This document shows, one piece after another, positions 36,628-47,012 of a stretch of DNA of 51,071 bases. Source of the DNA: Candidatus Limnocylindrales bacterium (lineage in GTDB: Bacteria > Moduliflexota > Moduliflexia > Moduliflexales > JAUQPW01); the NCBI GenBank assembly GCA_035559535.1, contig DATMBG010000044.1, forward strand, positions 186,001-237,071, written 5' to 3'. The notes below the pieces were generated by a model. It did no database searches and was not told the DNA's origin. It saw nothing but the letters and a program-made list of their open reading frames with translations. Each line of letters starts with the position of its first letter. Position 1 is the stretch's first letter. Position numbers and translations under genes: made by a program.

Positions 36628-38650
36628 ATACCGAGGGATTGAGATAATGGATTCTGATCACTCTGTATTCCGTACCCGGTACTTATTGAGTAAATCCCCT
36701 TTAACCCTTAAAGCTATCTTTGGCGAAGACGGCCTTTTGGCCAGATCTCTGCCCTATTATGAATACCGCCCTGGGCAAATTGAAATGAGTGAGGTGATTG
36801 CAGAAGGTCTCCGGCAGGGTCGTCACGTCATTGTGGAGGCCGGAACCGGAGTCGGTAAAACACTGGCCTATCTGATCCCGGCCATTCTCAGTGGAAAGAA
36901 GGTGGTGATCTCTACCGGAACCAAGAATCTCCAGGAACAACTTTACTTGAAGGATATTCCTTTTTTAGAAAAGCACCTTCCCGTTAAATTCAAAGCAACC
37001 TACATGAAGGGACGGAATAACTACCTCTGTCTCCGGCGGTTTAATCAATTTCGGCAGCAAGGGTTACTGTTTCAAGAAGATATGAAGCAATTCCAGGAAA
37101 TCATCCGCTGGGCCCATCGTACCCAAACCGGAGACCGGGCTGAATTAGCCGACCTTCCAGATAACTCTCCCCTCTGGCGAGAGATCGCTTCAACCACGGA
37201 AACCTGCCTGGGTTCCAAGTGTGAGTATTTTGCCACCAAGTCCTTTACTGCCCGGGTTAAACGAGCAGCCGGGATGGCAGATATTATCATTGTAAATCAC
37301 CATCTGTTCTTTGCAGACCTGGCCCTTAAAGCGGCCGGACGGGGGGAAGCTATTCCCCCTTATGATGCGGTGATTTTTGACGAAGCCCATCAGCTAGAAG
37401 ATATCGCAACCAGCTACTTTAGCGTACAGCTCAGTAATTATGGCGTCGAAGAGTTGATCAGGGATATAGCCAGGGAACTTAACCTGGCCGAAGTGGAGGA
37501 GCCTGAAATCAGCAAAACCCTAGATGCTTTACAGAAAAGGTCTGAACAGTTTTTTACCCCCTTTGTGCCCGTTCACATTCTATCTCAAAAACCCGCTTTC
37601 TCCGAAACCTCTGGCTTTTCCCTGCGTATCGACCATAAATATAGATTAAGTCCAAAGATCCTGCCGGAGCCTTCGAGAAAGATCCTGCCGGATCTTCTCA
37701 ATACCCTGACACTTCTCGAATCTCTCTTGAAAGGATTAAAAAAGCCAACGGAAGGCCTCCGGAATCAGGCAGATCGAACGGCTATCATGAAAAGCAACCT
37801 GGCCTTCATCATGGGTTTAAACGAACCCGGTTACGTTTACTGGTGCGATATTCGAGGTAGATGGATCGGCCTGGGGGCTTCGCCCATTGATATCTCCGCC
37901 GATATGCGCCAGAATGTTTTTCGCAATATCGAAACGGTCATTCTCACCTCGGCTACCCTCTCCACAGGGGGAAGTTTTCAATTCTTGAAGGATCGTTTGG
38001 GCCTGGAAGATGCCCTTGAACGTATCGTTCCTTCTCCCTTTGACTATGAAAAGCAGGCTATTTTCTATATTCCTCCTCATATGCCGGACCCACGAGAACC
38101 TCGATTTATCGATGCAGCTGCCCGAGAGATTGCCAATATCGTTAACAAAACCCGAGGCCGGGCCTTCGTCTTATTTACCAGTTATAAAAATTTGGAAGAG
38201 GTTTATACCCGGCTCAAACCGGTCTTAAAATTCCCCCTGCTCAAGCAAGGAGAAGCTAGCAAATCGGCCCTCCTTGAACGTTTTAAAACCAGCGGTCAGG
38301 CGGTACTTTTCGCAACCAGTAGTTTCTGGCAAGGAATCGATGTCCAGGGAGAAGCGTTGAGTTGTGTAATCATCGATAAACTCCCCTTTGCAGCCCCTTC
38401 AGAACCCCTGGTCGAAGCCCGTATCGATCAACTTAAAGAACAGGGGCGAGATCCCTTCCATGAATATCAGATCCCTTCGGCCATTATCACCCTCAAACAA
38501 GGCCTGGGTCGCCTTATCCGGAGTAAAAAAGATACGGGAGTCCTGTCGATTCTGGATACCCGAATTCTGACAAAGTCTTACGGTAGAATATTCCTGCAAA
38601 GCCTGCCTAAATGCCGAATTACGAGAAATCTGGAGAACTTTTGTTTATAA
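36590..38650 (+). CDS. dinG: DinG/YoaA-family ATP-dependent helicase
   Basis: RPGQ, EAGTGVGKT, KGRNNYLC, DEAH, TSATL, LFTSY, FWQGID, KLPF, QGLGRLIR; start uncertain. Confidence 0.93.
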   Translation: MGKIRAVMTASTEYRGIEIMDSDHSVFRTRYLLSKSPLTLKAIFGEDGLLARSLPYYEYRPGQIEMSEVIAEGLRQGRHVIVEAGTGVGKTLAYLIPAILSGKKVVISTGTKNLQEQLYLKDIPFLEKHLPVKFKATYMKGRNNYLCLRRFNQFRQQGLLFQEDMKQFQEIIRWAHRTQTGDRAELADLPDNSPLWREIASTTETCLGSKCEYFATKSFTARVKRAAGMADIIIVNHHLFFADLALKAAGRGEAIPPYDAVIFDEAHQLEDIATSYFSVQLSNYGVEELIRDIARELNLAEVEEPEISKTLDALQKRSEQFFTPFVPVHILSQKPAFSETSGFSLRIDHKYRLSPKILPEPSRKILPDLLNTLTLLESLLKGLKKPTEGLRNQADRTAIMKSNLAFIMGLNEPGYVYWCDIRGRWIGLGASPIDISADMRQNVFRNIETVILTSATLSTGGSFQFLKDRLGLEDALERIVPSPFDYEKQAIFYIPPHMPDPREPRFIDAAAREIANIVNKTRGRAFVLFTSYKNLEEVYTRLKPVLKFPLLKQGEASKSALLERFKTSGQAVLFATSSFWQGIDVQGEALSCVIIDKLPFAAPSEPLVEARIDQLKEQGRDPFHEYQIPSAIITLKQGLGRLIRSKKDTGVLSILDTRILTKSYGRIFLQSLPKCRITRNLENFCL

Positions 38651-38656
38651 AAATAA

Positions 38657-39093
38657 ATGGGGTTTACAGGAAGGACGGCATCATCGGTTACTTCATTTTG
38701 GATGCGCCACTACACCCGACCCGGGCATAGGGGCCCACCGCACACTTCAATCTTTTGGATGATGAGACCTTTTTTTACTTTTCACAACGTAACCCTCCGG
38801 TCTGGTCCAAATCAGGTAAATGGCTGGCCTTTGTCCACAATGGGGATAGCTGGATAGCCCGCCGCGGCAATAAGCTGGATGAGGAGGTCTGGGGAAGAAA
38901 AGGACGCTGGGAGGGGGATGGGCAAGGGGATGAATCTAAAGATTATCTGCTAATCAAAGATGGCGAGGATCCTTGCTTCTCCCCAGATGGAAATTTCGTT
39001 GCTTATCCTCACGCTGGAAACATTCTCAGGGCCTCCATCCATGGTGAAATTAAAGCTCAACTTATTAAAAACGCTGAACAACCGGCATGGTAA
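38657..39093 (+). pseudogene. Fragment of a TolB/PD40-like beta-propeller gene
   Basis: PVWSKSGKWLAF, PCFSPDGNFVAY, EQPAW repeats in only 112 aa with no proper N-terminus. Confidence 0.55.
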
Positions 39094-39145
39094 AGAAATC
39101 CCGGATCCAGAGCTTCCTTCCTTTTGGGGGGTCTGGAGTTTCCGA

Positions 39146-40504
39146 TTATAACTCCTCCTCCATATCTGAAATTCCTTTATCTACAGCATCCACGATTTGC
39201 TCTATCTGCTCTCTTTGGATGATCAGGGGAGGAGAGAAGGAAATAATATCTCCGGGTAAGGGTCGTAAGATTACCCCATGATCCATAATTTTTTGAGCAG
39301 TTCGTAAGGCCACAAAGTGATCGAATGGAAAGGGTTCTCGCGTTGTTTTATCCTTGACCAACTCGACCCGGGCGAGGAGTCCGAGTCCATTGACATCTCC
39401 CACTATTCTGTGTTTTTCCAGAGACCTAAGCCCTTCCAGTAAGTAAGCTCCCATCTTTCGGGAATTTTCTACCAGATTCTCCTTCTCCAAAATGGCCAGA
39501 TTGGCAACTCCGGCAGCGCAGGCAACGGGATGACCGCTGTAAGTAAAGCCATGTTTGAGATCCTTTCCTTCCTTCAACTCACCCAAGAAGGTCCCATAAA
39601 TTTCATCGGAGACCAGGGTAGCCCCCAGGGGAATGTAACCACTGTTAATACCCTTGGCAACGACCAAGATGTCCGGTTGAATGGGACCATGGCGAACGGC
39701 AAACATTTCTCCGGTTCGCCCGAATCCGGTAATGACCTCATCGGCAATGAAGAGAATTTCGTTTTTGCGGCAGATTTCTTGAATCCTTGGCAAATATTCC
39801 TTGGGCGGAATGATCACACCTCCGGCTCCCATGACCGGTTCGGCAATAAAGGCAGCTACCGTATCCTTTCCTTCGAAATCGATCATCTGCTGCAACGTAT
39901 CTGCACAGGCAACCCCACAGCCAGGATAGGTCATTTTTAACTCACATCGGTAGCAGTAAGGCGGTGAGATATGGCGAAACCCGGGGACTAAAGGCTCAAA
40001 CATCTTCCGATAGGCGGTTACGCCGTTGGCGCTGAGTCCTCCTAGAGAAACCCCATGGTAGGCCTTACGACGAGCGATGATTTTGTATTTTCCAGCCTTT
40101 CCCTGAAGTCTCCAATACTGGCGTGCTATTTTAAGGGCAGTTTCGACAGCCTCAGAACCCCCGTTGGTAAAAAAGACCTTTCCCATTCTCTCAGGCCGTG
40201 TCATCTCAATAAGCTTCCTGGCAAGGGCTGTAGACGGTTGGTTGCCGAACCCCCCAAAGTGGGAGAAATATTCCAGCTTCTGAAGCTGCTCGATGATAGC
40301 CTGGATGACCTCCACCCTTCGATGGCCGATATTGACGTTCCAAAGACCTCCTTGACCATCGATATAAGTTCTTCCTTTGTCATCCTTGACATAAACCCCT
40401 TCTCCCTCCACAATAACAATGGGATCTCGAGTATCCAGATCCTTCATCTGAGTGAAAGGATACCACTTATAGTTCACTTCATCAGCATATCGGTCGTTTC
40501 TCAT
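39146..40504 (-). CDS. Class III PLP aminotransferase (omega-amino acid/BioA-like)
   Basis: GGLWNVNIGH, GGSEAVETA, YHG, AEPVMGAGG, DEVITGFGRTG, AKGINSGY, HGFTYSGHP. Confidence 0.95.
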   Translation of the reverse strand: MRNDRYADEVNYKWYPFTQMKDLDTRDPIVIVEGEGVYVKDDKGRTYIDGQGGLWNVNIGHRRVEVIQAIIEQLQKLEYFSHFGGFGNQPSTALARKLIEMTRPERMGKVFFTNGGSEAVETALKIARQYWRLQGKAGKYKIIARRKAYHGVSLGGLSANGVTAYRKMFEPLVPGFRHISPPYCYRCELKMTYPGCGVACADTLQQMIDFEGKDTVAAFIAEPVMGAGGVIIPPKEYLPRIQEICRKNEILFIADEVITGFGRTGEMFAVRHGPIQPDILVVAKGINSGYIPLGATLVSDEIYGTFLGELKEGKDLKHGFTYSGHPVACAAGVANLAILEKENLVENSRKMGAYLLEGLRSLEKHRIVGDVNGLGLLARVELVKDKTTREPFPFDHFVALRTAQKIMDHGVILRPLPGDIISFSPPLIIQREQIEQIVDAVDKGISDMEEEL

Positions 40505-40746
40505 AAAGAAAACGGATGGGATTAAACAAGATCGCCAGAATAAAAATTAAGGTCTTGTAAATCTTATAAATCCCATCGATTTTTATAAAAGATTTTTATA
40601 AAGAGATAACCTCCTGAGTAGGAATTTATTACGAAAATAAAAGGAAAAGCATAAACCAGATTAACAGGATTTACGAAATTGACAAGACAAAAGAACATAA
40701 AAATCCCGTAAATCCTTGCAAGTCTGATTTATGATTATCTTTCTAA

Positions 40747-42018
40747 ATGGATGTAATTCATTCAATGGATGTTCCGCCGCTTATTAGCGTACTTCCCTTT
40801 ATCCTTCTTCTACTGGCCATTGCCTTTTTACCCTTAATAAAGGGATATTGGTGGGAGAGTCATAAAAATAAGGCCCAGGTTATTGGAATTTTTAGTTTGC
40901 CTATCCTTCTTTACCTTCTCTTTAAAGATCCCTTTCAACTGGTCCATGCCTTCGAAGAATATATCGCTTTTATTCTCCTTCTAGGATCTCTATACACCAT
41001 ATCCGGTGGAATTGCACTGGTTGGTGAAATTATACCGACCCCCGCTGCGACGACCCTGCTTTTGGGATTGGGGATGGTCCTGGCCAATCTCATCGGAACC
41101 ACCGGGGCTTCCATGCTGCTGATCCGTCCATTGTTAAAAATAATGACCACCCGAAAGACCGTTCACCACACGGTTATTTTTTTTATATTTTTAGTAAGTA
41201 ATATCGGAGGTTGTTTAACCCCTTTGGGGGATCCACCCCTATTTTTAGGATACCTCAATGGAGTTCCTTTTACCTGGACTTTTAAACTCTGGAAACCCTG
41301 GTTATTATTGGGAAGCGGGCTTCTGACTCTACATTTTGTACTGGATTATCTGATCTGGAAAAAAGAAAATCCTTTCAACATGTCCCGGATCCTGGAAGGC
41401 AATTGGAAATCCCCTGGGGTCAAGCTTCACCTGGAAGGGAAAATTAACTTTGTATTTTTATTCGGAGTGGTCCTGAGTGTTGCTTTTTTAGGCAGTCCTT
41501 ATCGAGAGATTTTTATGATCGGGATGGGAATTTTATCCATACTGGCTACTCCGGATGAACTCCGTGCCCGAAATAGTTTTACTTATGATCCCATTTATGA
41601 AGTAGCCATTCTCTTCCTGGGAATTTTTATCACCATGCAACCGGCGCTTCTGATCCTGAGGACCCAGGGTCAGACCCTTGGGATTACAGAGCCCTGGCAG
41701 TTTTTCTGGATAAGCGGGACCCTTTCCTCTTTTCTCGATAATGCTCCAACGTACCTGACCTTTTTTAATCTGGCCAAGAGTTTGGGGACCTCTGGCTCTA
41801 TACCAGGTATACCCGAGGAGAGAATTTTAGAAGCTATCTCCCTGGGTTCTGTCTTTATGGGGGCTAATACTTACATCGGTAACGGACCCAATTTTATGGT
41901 TAAATCGGTTGCCGAAGCAACCGGGGTTAAAATGCCGACCTTTTTTGGTTACATGCTCTGGTCTATGGGGATTCTCATCCCGAGTTTTTTAATTACCAGT
42001 TACCTATTTTTTGATTAA
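40747..42018 (+). CDS. Putative Na+/H+ antiporter (IT superfamily)
   Basis: Multi-TM; IGTTGASMLLIRP, SNIGG.LTPLGDPPLFLG, LDNAPTY, GANTYIGNGPN. Confidence 0.85.
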   Translation: MDVIHSMDVPPLISVLPFILLLLAIAFLPLIKGYWWESHKNKAQVIGIFSLPILLYLLFKDPFQLVHAFEEYIAFILLLGSLYTISGGIALVGEIIPTPAATTLLLGLGMVLANLIGTTGASMLLIRPLLKIMTTRKTVHHTVIFFIFLVSNIGGCLTPLGDPPLFLGYLNGVPFTWTFKLWKPWLLLGSGLLTLHFVLDYLIWKKENPFNMSRILEGNWKSPGVKLHLEGKINFVFLFGVVLSVAFLGSPYREIFMIGMGILSILATPDELRARNSFTYDPIYEVAILFLGIFITMQPALLILRTQGQTLGITEPWQFFWISGTLSSFLDNAPTYLTFFNLAKSLGTSGSIPGIPEERILEAISLGSVFMGANTYIGNGPNFMVKSVAEATGVKMPTFFGYMLWSMGILIPSFLITSYLFFD

Positions 42019-42033
42019 GTGTCCGCTATCCGG

Positions 42034-42077
42034 GATAAGGTTACCGTCCTACTTTGATAAGGTTACCGTCCTACTTT
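42034..42077. repeat. 22-bp tandem duplication
   Basis: GATAAGGTTACCGTCCTACTTT twice. Confidence 0.9.
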
Positions 42078-42157
42078 CCATTGCTATTGGGAATTACTCC
42101 AATCACCCTTTCCGATCAAAAAACTGTTGTCCGGTGAACAACGGACAACAGCTAAAT

Positions 42158-42577
42158 TTATCGATCATATACCCCCAACTCTACCAGGTGCCCATCCGGG
42201 TCCCAGCAGAACAGTTGTCGAAGACCCAGTTTTGCATTACGGCCTTCTCGAAAAGGAACCCCCTCGCTTTCCAGGATCTTCTTAGTTTCTTCATAATTTT
42301 CAATTATAAAAGCGATATGATGGTCATCCCGCATATAGGGTTCAGTTTCCTGCTGGGAACCTTCAACGATAGTTTTAGCTGTGTGGATGGAATTGGAGCC
42401 GGGTTTTGGCAAGATAAGATGAAGTTGATAGGGTCCAAAACCGTACCAGGCTCCCGGAAAGTCGAAATCAGGTCTGGCAATTTCTTTAAGTCCCAGGATT
42501 CTCCCGTAAAAATCTTTGGACCTTTCTAAGTTTGTAATGGTAATGGATACATGGCTAAAATCTACGATTTTAATCAT
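42158..42577 (-). CDS. VOC/glyoxalase family protein
   Basis: HVSI...LERSKDFYGRILGL, HHIAF, WDPDGHLVE; AAAGGAG RBS. Confidence 0.9.
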   Translation of the reverse strand: MIKIVDFSHVSITITNLERSKDFYGRILGLKEIARPDFDFPGAWYGFGPYQLHLILPKPGSNSIHTAKTIVEGSQQETEPYMRDDHHIAFIIENYEETKKILESEGVPFREGRNAKLGLRQLFCWDPDGHLVELGVYDR

Positions 42578-42683
42578 AGGGGATGCTCCTTTGATATAAC
42601 AAAACCATGAACTATGAACGATGAACACACCGAACAAGCTAAGAGGGTTCAGGGTGCTTTGTCAAGGGTTAAGTGTTCTTTGT

Positions 42684-44525
42684 TTAAACAAAGCGAGCTA
42701 CCATTCGATAGATTAACCAGACCATTAAGAACAGGATAAAAAACACCAGGGTCCAGAAAAGGAGAGGAAACAGCATAGAGTGAAGTCCTAGAGTCCGGCC
42801 TATTGCATGTAGAAAATCATTTATCAGGGAAGGATGGGTCAGGAAGAGAGCCGCTACCGCACCCCACAGCCCGTATTTGAGAACTTTCTGCAGGTAGAAG
42901 TTCAGCGTGCCTGGGGGAAGAGATTTTAGAGCCGCCAGGCCGATTTTCCCCTGTCGGGCCAGATGGAGTCCCTGGTCTCCATACCGGGCTAAATACGGAA
43001 TAACTTCATCTCCATTCTGTCGGGCCAATTGAATGGCCTCATCTCCATAACGCTCGACGGCTTTTACTGCATCCTCACCGTACTTTGCCACGTATTTAAG
43101 AAAATCCTCCCCGTAACGGATCGTATGGGGTACGATACTGTCTCCATAAAGTTCACTCAGTTGAACCACCTCTTTTCCGTAGGTCTTGACAGCCTGAAAT
43201 CCCGTGTCTCCATACTTAACCACCAGGGGAATAGTGGCATCCCCATGCCGAGCGGCCAGTTTAACCAGATCATCTCCATATCGGTTTACTACCTTAACCG
43301 CCTCATCCCCATATTTCGCACTGTACCTGACCATATCTTCTCCATAACCCTTTGAAAGGGTTAAAACCTCTTCTCCCGTTGCACCCTTGAGAGCCTGAAG
43401 ACCTTCATCCCCATATTTAGCTACGAAAGGTATGGCCTCTTCTCCATACTTAGCTATAAGAGCAGCCTCCTCGGAAGAAAGTTTTACAAGTCCTTTAACC
43501 CCTTTGGAAGTTTTGGTCAATCTGAGTCCTTTTCCCACCATAGCCACCCGAGCCCCTTCGGAGAAAAGGGCTCCCACCGGAAGAATTCCTACGATATCTA
43601 AAGCTACTGCCAGCCGGTCCCAATTGGTAACAGGCTCTCCTCGCGTCTTCTTGCGCTCATACTGCTTGACCCCACCTGTAAAGAAGTTTCCAACGGCATT
43701 ACTTCCGGTTGCTATATATTGTCGAACAACCCGACCATCCTCCAAGATCTCAAATCTATCCAGATAGTTATTCCCGAGTTCATCGATATTATCCAAAGCT
43801 TCTTCCGCCTTATTATCCGGTAAGTAATAATACAGAATGGGGATGACCTGGTGATAACCATACCGTTTCAAGACCTGTTGGAATTTCTCCTGGGTACCGA
43901 AACGGTGAAAGATGGTCTGGGCTTTTTCTCCATACTTATTGAGAGCGGCAACGGTATCCTCTCCAAAACGAGCTACCAGATCAAGGAACTGATCATCATA
44001 GTAGTTTTTAACAAACTCTAAACCATACCGGCGAACAACGGGAAGGACAATATCTCCCTTTTCCTTGACAAGTTGAAGTAAATCCGGGCCGTAGGCTTGG
44101 AATAAAAAGTAATTTTCCGGATCTTCTATCACATAAGATATCCCTTCCTTCCCAAACTTCTTATAAAAATCAGCGAGGGCAGAAGGATGAAGGAGGGTGG
44201 TAAGGTTATCAAATCGCTCACCAAAGGTGGTATAGAGGGTATAAAGGGCTTCTTTATCCAGGAAAGCCATGGATCTGGAAAGACGATCCCCATACTTTTC
44301 TAAGAGGAACAAGCCATCGACAGAGTAATCTTTTAAAAACTCCAAGCCCGGTTTTCCATACTTTCTTGAAATTTTTTCTGCATTATTTCCAAAAGTTTTG
44401 AAAACCTGGGGATATTCCCGATGAAGATAAGGGGGTTGCGCCTGGATGGGAAAAATATAAAATGTATTGAGAGTTCCCAGGATAAAGGAGATGAGAAGAA
44501 ATGGGGTTAAAACTTTCCTGATCAT
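42684..44525 (-). CDS. Membrane protein with 11-residue (K/R)YG(D/E) helical repeats and a pre-toxin-TG-like segment
   Basis: N-terminal signal/TM, many YG/FG repeats, C-terminal hydrophobic helices. Confidence 0.8.
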   Translation of the reverse strand: MIRKVLTPFLLISFILGTLNTFYIFPIQAQPPYLHREYPQVFKTFGNNAEKISRKYGKPGLEFLKDYSVDGLFLLEKYGDRLSRSMAFLDKEALYTLYTTFGERFDNLTTLLHPSALADFYKKFGKEGISYVIEDPENYFLFQAYGPDLLQLVKEKGDIVLPVVRRYGLEFVKNYYDDQFLDLVARFGEDTVAALNKYGEKAQTIFHRFGTQEKFQQVLKRYGYHQVIPILYYYLPDNKAEEALDNIDELGNNYLDRFEILEDGRVVRQYIATGSNAVGNFFTGGVKQYERKKTRGEPVTNWDRLAVALDIVGILPVGALFSEGARVAMVGKGLRLTKTSKGVKGLVKLSSEEAALIAKYGEEAIPFVAKYGDEGLQALKGATGEEVLTLSKGYGEDMVRYSAKYGDEAVKVVNRYGDDLVKLAARHGDATIPLVVKYGDTGFQAVKTYGKEVVQLSELYGDSIVPHTIRYGEDFLKYVAKYGEDAVKAVERYGDEAIQLARQNGDEVIPYLARYGDQGLHLARQGKIGLAALKSLPPGTLNFYLQKVLKYGLWGAVAALFLTHPSLINDFLHAIGRTLGLHSMLFPLLFWTLVFFILFLMVWLIYRMVARFV

Positions 44526-44531
44526 ACTCTT

Positions 44532-44560
44532 AGCTTACAACCAGTTCGTTCGCCTGTCAA
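44532..44560 (-). promoter_or_regulatory. Sigma-70 promoter, likely giving a leaderless mRNA
   Basis: TTGACA-N17-TAAGCT-AAGAGT-ATG. Confidence 0.55.
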
Positions 44561-45025
44561 AGGGTATGCAATGAATTTACTTAAATACTCTAAACTTGAC
44601 TTTTTAATGCAAACACTATAAACCTTTCTTAGGAAAGTTGAAGATTCTAAGAAGAGGGATAGTCCTGTTTTCCAGGCGAAGCTCAGCCTAATAAAAAGGT
44701 CCTACGAGATGGTAGTTCTGCTTACCCTAGATGAGCTCAAGGCGAATGGAGACAATCACCGCGATATGTCTATTCGGTAGAGAAAGATACAGATTTCTTT
44801 AGTAAAGAAGGAAGCGATTTATTAAAATTGTTGCTATTTTTATGAGGTAGAAAATGAAATAGGAAAAATGTACCACCTTGCCGCGAATAGATAAAAGCCT
44901 GGGATTATGGCCTGATTCATGCAATAGATCGTTGGGAAGGGTTATTTTAATACGGAGTCTGGACTTCCAGGATCGTCTTGTTGGTGACCTCAGGCCCTAG
45001 GAGAAGTTCTAAGAAAGTGAGAGAG

Positions 45026-45772
45026 ATGTGTACGTTGATCATCCTTTATAAATTAATGAAAGATTATCCCATCTTAGTTGCAGCCAACCGGGATGAACAT
45101 TATACTCGAAGATCGGTACCTCCCGGTATCCTGAGCCGGGCACCTCTCATTTGGGGTGGAAGGGATAAAGAAGCGGGGGGGACCTGGTTAGGTTTCAATG
45201 AGAAGGGTCTTTTGGTTGGAATTACCAACCGTTCTAGCCAAATTCCGCCGGATCGCTCCAGGCGATCCCGAGGACTTTTATGTTTGGATGCCTTATCGTT
45301 CTCGACCGCGTCGGAAGTTCAAAGATTCTTAGAGCGAGAGGGTCCAGACCGGTATAATCCCTTCAACTTATTTTATGCAGATTCTTCAAAGGCTTACATT
45401 TCCCATTATGAAAACGGAATAAGGACTGTTGCTTTGGAGGCAGGTATTTATATTTTGACTAACCAGGGGGATGTGAACGATTTTTCTCTGCAACGCATTC
45501 GAATCATAGCAGATTCTTTACAGAGGTTATCTTATCAGGATATTTTTGAGGTTATGGGTTTGTTAAAAAAACTTTGTGGGAAGCATTCTTCTCCTGGAGA
45601 GACCTGGTCAAAAGCCATTTGTGTCCATGGGAATGGCTATGGAACGGTTTCCTCGAGCATTATCGGTTTAGGCGATGGAAAAAATCCGAATTTATATTTC
45701 CATGCAGAAGGAAAACCCTGTGTGGTTCCTTACCAAAACTATTCCTCTCTTTTATTGGGCATTGGGGGTTGA
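45026..45772 (+). CDS. NRDE/TANGO2-family protein
   Basis: MCTL start, AANRDEHYTR, GGTWLG.N, ITN, SRG, YNPFNL, YGTVSS. Confidence 0.92.
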   Translation: MCTLIILYKLMKDYPILVAANRDEHYTRRSVPPGILSRAPLIWGGRDKEAGGTWLGFNEKGLLVGITNRSSQIPPDRSRRSRGLLCLDALSFSTASEVQRFLEREGPDRYNPFNLFYADSSKAYISHYENGIRTVALEAGIYILTNQGDVNDFSLQRIRIIADSLQRLSYQDIFEVMGLLKKLCGKHSSPGETWSKAICVHGNGYGTVSSSIIGLGDGKNPNLYFHAEGKPCVVPYQNYSSLLLGIGG

Positions 45773-45899
45773 AAAGCTACTGTTCTCTCCTTAAAGGGTT
45801 AAATTTTTGATCTTGACATTTATAGGTAGGTTATGCTTATTTTGTAAGCGGGAAAAAGACATTCATACGCCATATATTATTAAACCAGCCACAAACATC

Positions 45900-46937
45900 A
45901 TGACATCTAATCAGAATAAACAAGAGAAGAAGGTTGCCTGGGTATTTCCCGGTCAGGGTTCCCAATATGTAGGCATGGGTAAGGAACTCCGGGATTCTTA
46001 TCGCGTAGCGCAGGAGGTATTTGAGCAGGCCAATGAAGCCATGGGTTTTGATCTGGCTAAAGTATGTTTTGAGGGACCTGAAGAAAAATTGAGGTTGACA
46101 GCTTATACACAACCTGCTATTTTAACGGTAAGTATTGCAGCATTGAAAGTCCTTCGAGATCAAATACCTCAAGTTAAACCTATAGCGGTAGCTGGGCATA
46201 GTTTAGGGGAGTATACAGCGTTAGTTAGTGCAGGAGCTATAGAGTTTCAAGACGCTGTCCGCATTGTTCATAAAAGAGGCCAGTTCATGCAGGAAGCCGT
46301 TCCAAATGGAGTTGGTGCCATGGCCGCTATTTTGGGTATGGAACGGTTAAAACTTCAGGAGATTTGTGAACAAGTTGCCGCTAAAGGTCAGGTAGTAGCC
46401 CCGGCTAATTTGAATTCTCCAGAACAGATCGTTATTGCAGGTCATACGGAAGCGGTAGCCGAGGTTACAGAGTTGGCCAAACAAGCAGGGGCTAAAAAAG
46501 TTATCCCCCTATCTGTCAGTGCTCCTTTTCATTGCAGCCTCATGCAACCCGCAGCAAGTCGACTTGCCGAAGAATTAGACAAAATTACCTTTCGTGATTT
46601 GGAAATTCCTTTAGTAACCAACGTGGATGGGACGTTTATTCGAACTGCCCGGGAGGTTAAACCCACTTTATTGAGGCAAGTGACCGCTCCTGTCTGTTGG
46701 GAAGATGATATTCATCAGATTTTAAAGATTGGGTGGTCACAGAAAACTACTTCTTCATCGGGTTCAGGAGAGGATTTGAATCGGTCTGAGGACTCTACAC
46801 CGCTTATTTTTGTTGAAATAGGTCCTGGAAAGGTCTTATCTGGATTAATCCGTAGAATTGATAAAAATGCTATTACTTTAAATGTTGAAGATCTGAAGAG
46901 TTTGGAGAAAACAGTACAGGCTTTATCAGGCAATTAA
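45900..46937 (+). CDS. fabD: Malonyl-CoA:ACP transacylase
   Basis: FPGQGSQ, TQPAI, GHSLGEY, VSAPFH, EIGPGKVL. Confidence 0.96.
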   Translation: MTSNQNKQEKKVAWVFPGQGSQYVGMGKELRDSYRVAQEVFEQANEAMGFDLAKVCFEGPEEKLRLTAYTQPAILTVSIAALKVLRDQIPQVKPIAVAGHSLGEYTALVSAGAIEFQDAVRIVHKRGQFMQEAVPNGVGAMAAILGMERLKLQEICEQVAAKGQVVAPANLNSPEQIVIAGHTEAVAEVTELAKQAGAKKVIPLSVSAPFHCSLMQPAASRLAEELDKITFRDLEIPLVTNVDGTFIRTAREVKPTLLRQVTAPVCWEDDIHQILKIGWSQKTTSSSGSGEDLNRSEDSTPLIFVEIGPGKVLSGLIRRIDKNAITLNVEDLKSLEKTVQALSGN

Positions 46938-47012
46938 CAAAGAACAATTCAACCTGGAGATAATTAGTCGGTAGGAATTGTTCTTTGTTAATTGTTTCCT
47001 GTTGGAATCAAT

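Noticed and set aside
42034-42077. 22-bp tandem repeat and the 132-bp-period repeat at 28211-28425 as CRISPR arrays
   Set aside because: Two copies without a spacer, or protein-coding repeats; no cas genes.
44600-45000. 400-nt intergenic region as an sRNA or small ORF
   Set aside because: No convincing stems, RBS or recognisable motif.
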